From an uncultured virus (IMG/VR IMGVR_UViG_3300022178_000020) (lineage: Duplodnaviria > Heunggongvirae > Uroviricota > Caudoviricetes), in IMG/VR virus record IMGVR_UViG_3300022178_000020: a stretch of DNA of 20,000 nt. One strand, 5' to 3'. Positions 7,551-15,019 of the stretch are shown here, in pieces (the stretch's first letter is position 1; the number at the start of each line of letters is the position of its first letter). The notes beneath the pieces were generated by a model. That model saw only the letters and a list, made by a program, of their open reading frames with translations. It did no database searches and was not told the origin of the DNA. Made by a program: the position numbers and the translations under genes.

Positions 7551-8129
7551 TCCTCCTATGTCTGCTATTACATCCTTAAAAATGGAATGAACTTCTTTAC
7601 CTTTAACGGCTGATTTGAGTCCGTATAATCCTCCCTTAAGGTAACTTGCTTTTTTAAGATAGGAAGCAGCATCACCTCCTGCTTGACCCGCCATCAATAG
7701 AATTACAATAGCGTAAAGAATTTCTGAAATTTGTTTCTTCTTTTTTTCATCCTTAGTAAACAGTCCTACTATTCTTTTAATTGGAGCTTGAAATGCTTTC
7801 TCATTATCGTGAGTCCATTTATAGATATTTTTTGCTGCTTCTTCACCTTTACCCCAATTGTATTTTTTAGACATTTTTTGGGCAAACTTAGCAAGCATAT
7901 TAGCTACAGTATTAGATAATAGGATATAACCTATAATACCTACTACACCTGCAACCTCATCTAATTTTTCTTCTTTACCTTTTAATTCACCTTTTATAGC
8001 GGTAGCTAATTGAGCTCCTAAAGCATCAAATTCATTATCAAATGCTTTTTCTTCGGATCCATTATCTTCTAATTCTTCTTTAAGAAGAGGATTATTTTTT
8101 AAATATGCTTTGTAATCGAAAGTATCCAT
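7548..8129 (-). CDS. Hypothetical protein with leader and hydrophobic helices; start moved to ATG 8129
   Basis: TAATG coupling at 8127-8131; MDTFDYKAYLKNNPLLKEE leader; hydrophobic VAGVVGIIGYILLS after KLDE and AIVILLMAGQAGG. Confidence 0.7.
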   Translation of the reverse strand: MDTFDYKAYLKNNPLLKEELEDNGSEEKAFDNEFDALGAQLATAIKGELKGKEEKLDEVAGVVGIIGYILLSNTVANMLAKFAQKMSKKYNWGKGEEAAKNIYKWTHDNEKAFQAPIKRIVGLFTKDEKKKKQISEILYAIVILLMAGQAGGDAASYLKKASYLKGGLYGLKSAVKGKEVHSIFKDVIADIGG

Positions 8130-8770
8130 TACCAATAGGTATTCATTTTAGGTCCTAAACCGAGAGCGGGAGCATATCTAGGGAGATTACAACTCCAATA
8201 TCCCGCAGTTGTTCTATCTTTCTTTTGGTCACAATTGTGACGAGCTGCAAAGGCGTTACGGGCTTCTTTATCTTTAATTTTTGCTCTTAAACCACCTGAT
8301 CCAAATGAGACTTTTTTAACTTTGTCTCCATCCATCACATAAACATAGTAAGCTTTAGAACCACCACGTTTTGGTTTACCTATTTCAACTTCTTTACCTT
8401 TAAATTCTGCTTCCTCTATGTTTTTGGGTAAGTCAAGTGGTACTTTTTTACCTTCATAAATTCCAAACTTACCAATGTCAGTATTTTCTATTAGGTGTAG
8501 ACTATTTTCATCTAGACTAATAGTTTTCCACCCATTCAGCATACGAGCTTCAGCAAATAATTGTAGGTATTTTTTAGATCCGATTCTAAATACATTGTCT
8601 TGCAATGAGACGCCATTATCGATGTGATACCGTAGACCTTCGCTTATAGGCGCTTTAGTCTCGAGTAAAGCGATTTTAGGTGCCGTATCACAACCACCAC
8701 AACCACATGAACATGGTTCTTGTGGGATTTGATATCCCTGTATTGCTTCTTGAATGTATTTTTTAATCAT
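8129..8770 (-). CDS. Conserved phage protein (DUF6321-like C-terminus)
   Basis: EAEFKGKEV...KPKRGG.K.YYVYV...VKKVSFG...FAARHNC...AGYWSC pattern recalled from T4-like marine phages; N-terminal CSCGCGGC. Confidence 0.65.
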   Translation of the reverse strand: MIKKYIQEAIQGYQIPQEPCSCGCGGCDTAPKIALLETKAPISEGLRYHIDNGVSLQDNVFRIGSKKYLQLFAEARMLNGWKTISLDENSLHLIENTDIGKFGIYEGKKVPLDLPKNIEEAEFKGKEVEIGKPKRGGSKAYYVYVMDGDKVKKVSFGSGGLRAKIKDKEARNAFAARHNCDQKKDRTTAGYWSCNLPRYAPALGLGPKMNTYW

Positions 8771-8794
8771 ATTAATTGTAATTTATTTCATTTA

Positions 8795-9445
8795 CTAATT
8801 ACCCGTATAAGCATTAAATACTTTTTTTCTTAGAGAATTTGCTCTTGCATTATCCCAATTGCTATGAGAAAGGAATATTGTGTTTTTGGGGTCAAAACGT
8901 CCCCTTACATATACTAAATCGTCGGGTCTGCGTAATTCGGCTGTTAACTTACTAAAAGCTAATATTGCTTTTGGAATACCTTGCCATAGATTATTAGGTC
9001 TTAAATGACCATCAACATATGCCATAAAAGCACGTTCTTGCTTTTCATTAAAAGGATTTTCAAATTTTAACAATTCAGTCTCTAACCTGTCATCAAAAGG
9101 AATTTCTTCATTAGATGGTTTATATAGTATTGTATCTTCGTAGTGTTCTATTGCTCCATCAGCAAAGTCTTCAGCAGAAACTTCTATTTCTTCTGGGTCA
9201 GATCCTTTAGCATTACTCCTGGCTTCATTATACCATGTATCGTTCATTACTTCTATAGATTCTTCTAGGTCTTCATCTGAAATATCAGGATGTTTTGCTT
9301 TAATAAAGTTTATTACTGCTTCTTTATATTTTGGTCCTGCTTGTTCTATATCTGCACTATCTTCTGATGCCTCTATATACCATATATCATCTTCATATAG
9401 CTTACCTTCTGCGAGGAATTGTCTAAAAATATTTAATTCTTTCAT
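8795..9445 (-). CDS. Acidic hypothetical protein with MKELNIFRQFLAE leader (putative internal head protein)
   Basis: Long ORF, A-rich leader, ATATTTAT motif upstream, N-terminus shared with three neighbours. Confidence 0.7.
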   Translation of the reverse strand: MKELNIFRQFLAEGKLYEDDIWYIEASEDSADIEQAGPKYKEAVINFIKAKHPDISDEDLEESIEVMNDTWYNEARSNAKGSDPEEIEVSAEDFADGAIEHYEDTILYKPSNEEIPFDDRLETELLKFENPFNEKQERAFMAYVDGHLRPNNLWQGIPKAILAFSKLTAELRRPDDLVYVRGRFDPKNTIFLSHSNWDNARANSLRKKVFNAYTGN

Positions 9446-9458
9446 TTTATTTTTGTTT

Positions 9459-9468
9459 ATAAATATTA
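9459..9468 (-). promoter_or_regulatory. TAATATTTAT motif, putative late promoter
   Basis: Recurrent intergenic motif; begins with the upstream TAA stop. Confidence 0.55.
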
Positions 9469-10086
9469 ATTGTAATTATCCATACCGAAATCGGCAATTT
9501 TACCTTTCCATAAATCAGCATCTTTTTCTCCAAATGGATCTAAGTCACTAAATACACCTAGATTTGATACTCCGGCGAACTTGAATGAGTCTACATATTC
9601 TTCATCCATGTATTGTTGGGTAAGCATTTTGGCTTCTTCTTCAGTGTCTGCTGCTACATAAAGAATTACCTCTAAACTTTCCATAGGATCCCTAAATGAA
9701 GTAGAAAAGATAGTTTGGTTGGGGTCAATGCTATATTGTGTAGTATCAATTTCTAAACTATCATCATAATCTCCTGCCCCTGCACTAGTGTTAGCAAATT
9801 GAGGAACGTACCAATTCCCTAACTCAAATACTCCTTCATCTTTAAGGTTACCTTCAAATTCTTTTTGCCCTTCATCACTTATATCTATGAAGCCTACTGT
9901 ATCATCTGTAAATGGGAATAAAGGTCCATATTTGTCTTGTACATATGATTTAGCAATTTCTTTAGCTTTGAACTTATCGTCCGCTTTTACACGAATAATT
10001 GTCTGCTTTCCCTTCCTGTAGTTTTTAAATTCAGTAGTGTATATTTCTTCGTTGAGAAATTGTCTAAATCTATGTAATTCTTCCAT
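9466..10086 (-). CDS. Acidic hypothetical protein with MEELHRFRQFLNE leader and duplicated V.AD....A domain
   Basis: Leader homologous to 8795..9445; internal repeat IIRVKADDKFKAKEIAKSYVQDKY / ILYVAADTEEEAKMLTQQYMDEEY. Confidence 0.7.
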   Translation of the reverse strand: MEELHRFRQFLNEEIYTTEFKNYRKGKQTIIRVKADDKFKAKEIAKSYVQDKYGPLFPFTDDTVGFIDISDEGQKEFEGNLKDEGVFELGNWYVPQFANTSAGAGDYDDSLEIDTTQYSIDPNQTIFSTSFRDPMESLEVILYVAADTEEEAKMLTQQYMDEEYVDSFKFAGVSNLGVFSDLDPFGEKDADLWKGKIADFGMDNYN

Positions 10087-10102
10087 TTTAATTTATTTTA
10101 TT

Positions 10103-10516
10103 TCAGCTAGGTAATTCTTCTCTAGTATCACCAGGATAAAGATCTTTATTTGCATTGAAAAATTCAGAGTAATCTTTATCTACATACTTTCCATAAGTAA
10201 AAAAATCACTATCTTTCCAATAATCATCGGCCCAAATCTCAACCATATCTTCATTTTGGTATTTAAATATATCGTCCTTCGATAATTTTAAATCATACGC
10301 TACCTGACCTTTGGAAAGATGGGTTATTAAAGACTGAATGATTTGATTTTTTTTATATTTAGAAAATTCAGATAATGGTTTTTTGGCAAAAGGATTTTTA
10401 TCATAATAATCAATTACCTCTTGTGGTGGGTTGAATTTATTTATAAATTTAATATTACCATCATTTTCGTATAGCCTACCTTCAGTTATGTATTTTCTTA
10501 AATCGAAATTGTCCAT
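10103..10516 (-). CDS. Hypothetical protein with MDNFDLRKYITEGRLYE leader
   Basis: ORF with A-rich leader TAAAATAAAATAAAATG; EGRLYEND matches EGKLYEDD of 8795..9445. Confidence 0.7.
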   Translation of the reverse strand: MDNFDLRKYITEGRLYENDGNIKFINKFNPPQEVIDYYDKNPFAKKPLSEFSKYKKNQIIQSLITHLSKGQVAYDLKLSKDDIFKYQNEDMVEIWADDYWKDSDFFTYGKYVDKDYSEFFNANKDLYPGDTREELPS

Positions 10517-10530
10517 TTTATTTTATTTTA

Positions 10531-10725
10531 TCAGATTTCTGTAAATCCTAAAGATTTAAGCATATCATATTCAAAATTATCTCTAATGTATTCTGCTAAG
10601 TCAGCACGTTCTTCATCGTGACCCCCTGCATCAAGGATATTATGTATTTTGATAAACATGTCTGCTTGTATATCGTCATTTTCACCTTCTATAAGGAATC
10701 GTTGGAATTTAGTTAGTTTTTTCAT
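10531..10725 (-). CDS. Small acidic hypothetical protein with MKKLTKFQRFLIE leader
   Basis: Same leader family; motif and A-rich leader upstream. Confidence 0.65.
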   Translation of the reverse strand: MKKLTKFQRFLIEGENDDIQADMFIKIHNILDAGGHDEERADLAEYIRDNFEYDMLKSLGFTEI

Positions 10726-10738
10726 TTTAGTTTTATTT

Positions 10739-10748
10739 ATAAATATTA
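10739..10748 (-). promoter_or_regulatory. TAATATTTAT motif, putative late promoter (here within the palindrome TATTTATAAATA)
   Basis: Recurrent intergenic motif; begins with the upstream TAA stop. Confidence 0.55.
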
Positions 10749-11891
10749 GTTGAAATCAATTTCGTTATTAAATTCAATATCAACATCTTCATTAGAGGGT
10801 GAAATAAATTTAGTAATATATTCAATTCCAGTATTAAGTAAACTTTTAACTTGGTTTACAGTTTTACTTAATAAATTTTCTTGAAGAGATTTTGAAGGAT
10901 TAAAAATAAGAGATACTACACTCCAAAATCTATATTTACCCGTTTTGCCTTTAGGATTTTCAGAAGATTTAAGGTCTGCGCTTTTAGTTGATGTAGATTT
11001 AAATCTTACAGTAAGATTTATTTTATCTGCTATTTTAGCCACATATGAATCGTCATTAACTGAGTTAATAGAAGCTTTAGATAAGGAGGGGTCAGCAGAT
11101 AATACCCAATCTGCGGAAGCAGCATCATTTACCCCAAATTTTTTATACCCAGACATAGCTTCTTTAGCAAAAGCTATTTTGAATTCTTCACTTTTATTAA
11201 ATAAAGCTTGAAGTTTACCCCGCATTTCTTTATGTGCTTTATCTCCATCTATAATTATAGAGTCTTCACCTTGTTTTAAGCTTTGACCTACAGTACCCAT
11301 TTTGGTTACCCCAGATTCAACAAATTTATTAAAAGTATTTATTACATCTTGGGCTTCAGCAGAATCTAATAATTCAGGAGTATCCTCCATCGCAGCATAA
11401 AACGTAGCTAGAGACTCAGCTTTACCTCCACTCATTAATTGAGAAGGGCCTACTTTAACTGAGATCATTTTATCTCCTAAAATTACATCAGTTTTGGGAG
11501 TTGTATTTTTAGCTCCAAATTTACTCCAAAAGGGGGTAATAGAAGTTTCTAATCCTCTTCCAGTCCCTTGAGCTGAGTCTCCTCCTGAAAGGTTTAGGTC
11601 TTGGATTATAGCTTCTGATTTTTTAACCATTTGAGGGTTTTGGGTTAATTTTTTAATTTCTTTGGGATCTATAGCTCCTTCTGGTGGGGTTAATTTATTT
11701 ACATTATACCAAGCTTGGACTAAAGCTGCTTCAAATAAAGTAGCATCACCTGTGTCTGCTTCATTTAAGTCAATCCCCATCTCCTTTAACATTCCCTCTA
11801 ACATAAGCATATCCTGAGCATCATTGATGTCAGGATATCCTTTTGGAAATTTGTATGAAACTTTCCTTAAAAATTTTTCTAATATATCCAT
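10746..11891 (-). CDS. Putative PD-(D/E)xK restriction-like nuclease with N-terminal leader
   Basis: Helix ATLFEAAL followed by PKTDVILGDKMISVK (D...SxK variant); 44-aa leader ending MLKEMGIDLNE. Confidence 0.55.
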   Translation of the reverse strand: MDILEKFLRKVSYKFPKGYPDINDAQDMLMLEGMLKEMGIDLNEADTGDATLFEAALVQAWYNVNKLTPPEGAIDPKEIKKLTQNPQMVKKSEAIIQDLNLSGGDSAQGTGRGLETSITPFWSKFGAKNTTPKTDVILGDKMISVKVGPSQLMSGGKAESLATFYAAMEDTPELLDSAEAQDVINTFNKFVESGVTKMGTVGQSLKQGEDSIIIDGDKAHKEMRGKLQALFNKSEEFKIAFAKEAMSGYKKFGVNDAASADWVLSADPSLSKASINSVNDDSYVAKIADKINLTVRFKSTSTKSADLKSSENPKGKTGKYRFWSVVSLIFNPSKSLQENLLSKTVNQVKSLLNTGIEYITKFISPSNEDVDIEFNNEIDFN

Positions 11892-12235
11892 TATTTAACT
11901 TTCAACTGTTTTAATGTCATAAAGATTTTAGAAATAGCACTTGGATCCCCAGACTTCATCATAGCGTTAAAAGTTTTTACTACTTCATCTTTATGTTTAA
12001 TGTTAGTAATACCTTTCCCATTAGCTAGTAAAGTAATAGCTTGTTTGAGAAGAGATGTATCTATGCTACTATCTAAATCAGCCATTTTTGTCGTAAAACT
12101 TAAAATAGGACCTGAGAGTTTTTCTGATCCTTTATCAGGAGTTTCTTCGGATACTTGTTCTAGGAGGGCTTCTTTTATAAGTTGTTTTAATTCTAATTTT
12201 CTCATTGTATTTTTTAATTCACCGTAGGTTTCCAT
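11891..12235 (-). CDS. Hypothetical helical protein (alternative start 12205, MRKLELKQLIKEALLE)
   Basis: ORF coupled to both neighbours; leader-type motif LKQLIKEALLE. Confidence 0.65.
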   Translation of the reverse strand: METYGELKNTMRKLELKQLIKEALLEQVSEETPDKGSEKLSGPILSFTTKMADLDSSIDTSLLKQAITLLANGKGITNIKHKDEVVKTFNAMMKSGDPSAISKIFMTLKQLKVK

Positions 12236-12237
12236 AA

Positions 12238-12741
12238 TTATAAATCTTCTACTGATGCCGGTACTGCAGGTTCAATATCAACACTAATGTCTTCACTTTC
12301 TCCACCTCCTATTGGATCTCCTCCAATTGGTTCGTCTAATTCTTCGTCTTTAGGAACAGTTGCAAATTGGTATCTTAATAATCTTGAAATGGCTTCACAA
12401 GCCTGTTGTTCTTCTGATAGGGATTCCAGCCAATATTTTTTACCCGCTACGTTTGCTGTGTAGAGTCCTTTATTGGCTTCGTCACCTTCATAAATTAAAT
12501 AAAAATCTGCACCATTTACAAGCATAACTCTAAATGTAGTAGGTTTTGGTGCTACCCATTGAATGTCTTTAACGAAAGGTTCATATTGAAAATCAAATAA
12601 ATCATCCATTACTCCCTTTAAAGAAGGGAAGCTATCAATCATAGGAAACTTATTAGGAACCAACTCAGGTTGGTCAGTCTTTTCAGCATAAATATCCTTA
12701 GCTAATAGACGGATTTTTTCTTTGAATTCCGACTTTTTCAT
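12238..12741 (-). CDS. Hypothetical protein, acidic/Pro-rich tail
   Basis: MKKSEFKEKIR leader, globular WVAPKPTTFRV...VAGKKYWL core, TAATG coupling. Confidence 0.7.
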   Translation of the reverse strand: MKKSEFKEKIRLLAKDIYAEKTDQPELVPNKFPMIDSFPSLKGVMDDLFDFQYEPFVKDIQWVAPKPTTFRVMLVNGADFYLIYEGDEANKGLYTANVAGKKYWLESLSEEQQACEAISRLLRYQFATVPKDEELDEPIGGDPIGGGESEDISVDIEPAVPASVEDL

Positions 12742-13403
12742 TATGATTTTTTTAATTTAGCAGTTACTTCTTTGAATAGTTCATCTTTAGTAATATCTCT
12801 ACCTAATGCTTTTGTAAAGGCCTTTATCATATCGATTTCAGTACTAGCACCGCGTTTAAGTTGTTTAAGAACTCTTATTAATTCTCTTTCAGAAAAATCA
12901 TAATCAACTTTAGCTTCAGCTATCGCTTTTTTACCTCTTAATTTAGCAATTGCATTATCAATGCGATTTAATTTTCTACCATACTCATTTGCAATTGGGC
13001 CTCCTTCTGGTTCAGCTTCTTGCTCCATATCTCTCATTAATTGAGCTTTTTCTTTTTCAAGAAATTTAATCTTAGAAGCATTTTTAACTGCTGCATAATT
13101 AGGATTAATAGATTTTTTAGGAGTTGATTTAGGAGCATTAGCTGCCTTTTCTCGCTCCATTCTATCTGCTCTTTGTTTTACTAAAACAGGATCATTAAAA
13201 TCCATAAGTTCTTTTAAATCAAAGGTATCCTTAAACTTCATTACATGGTCCTCTTTTTTATTCTCTTCACCTTTAGTTAACTTACGTTCATTTTTAGGTG
13301 TTTGAGGCTTACCATGTTTAGCTATATTAGTAGCTAAAGCGTATGCTAAAGATGTTCTTTCATCTTTAGACATTTTTTCTAATTTAGTTTTTTCCTTAGC
13401 CAT
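12741..13403 (-). CDS. Charged, modular hypothetical protein
   Basis: Short helical modules (YALATNIAK; LTKGEENKKE; LMRDMEQEAEPEGGPIANEYG) separated by LKE/IAE; TAATG coupling. Confidence 0.7.
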   Translation of the reverse strand: MAKEKTKLEKMSKDERTSLAYALATNIAKHGKPQTPKNERKLTKGEENKKEDHVMKFKDTFDLKELMDFNDPVLVKQRADRMEREKAANAPKSTPKKSINPNYAAVKNASKIKFLEKEKAQLMRDMEQEAEPEGGPIANEYGRKLNRIDNAIAKLRGKKAIAEAKVDYDFSERELIRVLKQLKRGASTEIDMIKAFTKALGRDITKDELFKEVTAKLKKS

Positions 13404-14125
13404 TATACCTCAGGTGTAATTGCATCAAACTGTGTTTTAGAAGAGAATTTAGCTGAGTTAAGGATTTGGTTTGCTAATTCTACGAATCCTGCTTCTTTTG
13501 CTCGTCTAGCTATTACTACTAATTCGTCGGTCATACCATCTAATGTAGCTTCATCTGGGGTGGGTTCAAGTGATACTTCATCTTCAACTTCTACATCATC
13601 AGTTACATCAATATCAACATCAACTTCTTCTTCTTCTTCAAGTTGAACATAGTCTGGTTTTTTCTTTTTAAAAGATTTAGGTTCGGATCCCGGATCAATA
13701 TTTCCTGCTTCTGCTAAAATTTCATTTTTAAGATATTCCTTAAATTCAGATCTTTTTATTTTACCTTCCATAGTAGAGGTTAATTTTTTAGTTATTTCAA
13801 GTTCTTTATTAAGTTCTTTCTGGCTATCTATTTCTTTAGAAGTTGCTTCACTCATTCGAAGAACTTCGTTTTTTAGATATTCTTTTAATTCAGATTTTTT
13901 CATTTTATTTATTTTTTTACCTGCTTTTACAGCGGACTTATAATCATCGGAGTTACCATGAGAAGGTTTTCCACCTCGCTCTTTTTTAGCACGGATATTA
14001 TCCCATAAACCCGGTTTTCCTTCTTCAAGTTTATTATACTTTATAGTATAACCCCCTTTAATGGTAATTTCTCCATCATTATGAAGTTTTTCCATATCAT
14101 CCGAATTGAGTTGTATAGTATTCAT
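13403..14125 (-). CDS. Charged modular protein, possibly prohead core/scaffold-associated
   Basis: GLWDNIRAKK module, two KSE(L/F)KEYLKNE(V/I)L repeats, long acidic tract. Confidence 0.65.
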   Translation of the reverse strand: MNTIQLNSDDMEKLHNDGEITIKGGYTIKYNKLEEGKPGLWDNIRAKKERGGKPSHGNSDDYKSAVKAGKKINKMKKSELKEYLKNEVLRMSEATSKEIDSQKELNKELEITKKLTSTMEGKIKRSEFKEYLKNEILAEAGNIDPGSEPKSFKKKKPDYVQLEEEEEVDVDIDVTDDVEVEDEVSLEPTPDEATLDGMTDELVVIARRAKEAGFVELANQILNSAKFSSKTQFDAITPEV

Positions 14126-14132
14126 GTTGTTG

Positions 14133-14140
14133 ATAAATAT
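14133..14140 (-). promoter_or_regulatory. ATATTTAT motif, putative late promoter
   Basis: Recurrent intergenic motif, 7 nt upstream of ATG 14125. Confidence 0.5.
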
Positions 14141-14146
14141 ATAAAA

Positions 14147-14722
14147 TTATTTAATCTTTAAATTTTTTAAATATTCAAGTCCTTCTTGAAGTTGAGATTC
14201 AAGATCTTCTTTTTTAAAACCACCTTTCCAACTTTCTACATCTCCTGATTCTGTAACGTATCCTTCACTATTTTCGTTTAATTTTTCTTTTATAAAAGAT
14301 TCGTACTCAGAAATTACATTATTAATATTACTATTGTGGATATTATTGTGATATTCTTCTAATTTACCTTGTTTTTGAAGTTCGGCTTCAAAATCTACTA
14401 TACAATCAAAGCATTTCTGGTATGCTGGGAAGACTTTTTTATCAAGGTGTTTTTTCATGAGGGTATTACATTCCGGACAAAATAGAGGCATTTTCCCTAT
14501 TTTTTTAAATTTGTCCATTTTAGTAATATTTTGCTTAAGACCATTTTTAATAGTCCATTTACGGCCATCTTGTTCCCATACATCACCCTCTTTATGGTGA
14601 TCATACTTTTTAGTATAACCTACTCCTTCAGTTGTACGGGCACCTGTGTTACCTGTGACTAAATTACGAGCTCTCTGTACATCTTGTTTAGAGAATTCTT
14701 TTTTTAAAACATTATCGTTCAT
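14147..14722 (-). CDS. Zinc-finger-containing hypothetical protein
   Basis: CPEC...CFDC cysteine pairs; EGDVWEQDGRKWTIKNG beta motif. Confidence 0.7.
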   Translation of the reverse strand: MNDNVLKKEFSKQDVQRARNLVTGNTGARTTEGVGYTKKYDHHKEGDVWEQDGRKWTIKNGLKQNITKMDKFKKIGKMPLFCPECNTLMKKHLDKKVFPAYQKCFDCIVDFEAELQKQGKLEEYHNNIHNSNINNVISEYESFIKEKLNENSEGYVTESGDVESWKGGFKKEDLESQLQEGLEYLKNLKIK

Positions 14723-14870
14723 ATGGAAATTTTTGATTTAAATCTTCTTTACGTTTAGAACACCCACAATCTTTACCTGTTACTTCAGATATTTTATCTA
14801 CTACTTTTTTGATACCCGTAGCTGTGGTTATTTTTTCTATAGTATCTCCTAATCCTTTACTTTCACTCAT
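14712..14870 (-). CDS. 52-aa conserved small phage protein with CGC motif (not in the ORF track)
   Basis: MSESKGLGDTIEKITTATGIKKVVDKISEVTGKDCGCSKRKEDLNQKFPYER; overlaps both neighbours and fills the apparent gap. Confidence 0.8.
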   Translation of the reverse strand: MSESKGLGDTIEKITTATGIKKVVDKISEVTGKDCGCSKRKEDLNQKFPYER

Positions 14871-15019
14871 CTTCTAAAACCTTTTATTTGTTTTCTATTT
14901 GCTACATCAGACATAGTTCTAAGTAGGTTTAATCTTTTATTAATTAACTCCTGCATTAATTCGAGAGTTTCGATATCAAACTCATCATTTACTACGTTTA
15001 TAAATTCTTTAGTTTTCAT
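14867..15019 (-). CDS. 50-aa hypothetical protein (not in the ORF track)
   Basis: MKTKEFINVVNDEFDIETLELMQELINKRLNLLRTMSDVANRKQIKGFRR; A-rich leader and ATGA overlap with the next gene. Confidence 0.7.
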   Translation of the reverse strand: MKTKEFINVVNDEFDIETLELMQELINKRLNLLRTMSDVANRKQIKGFRR

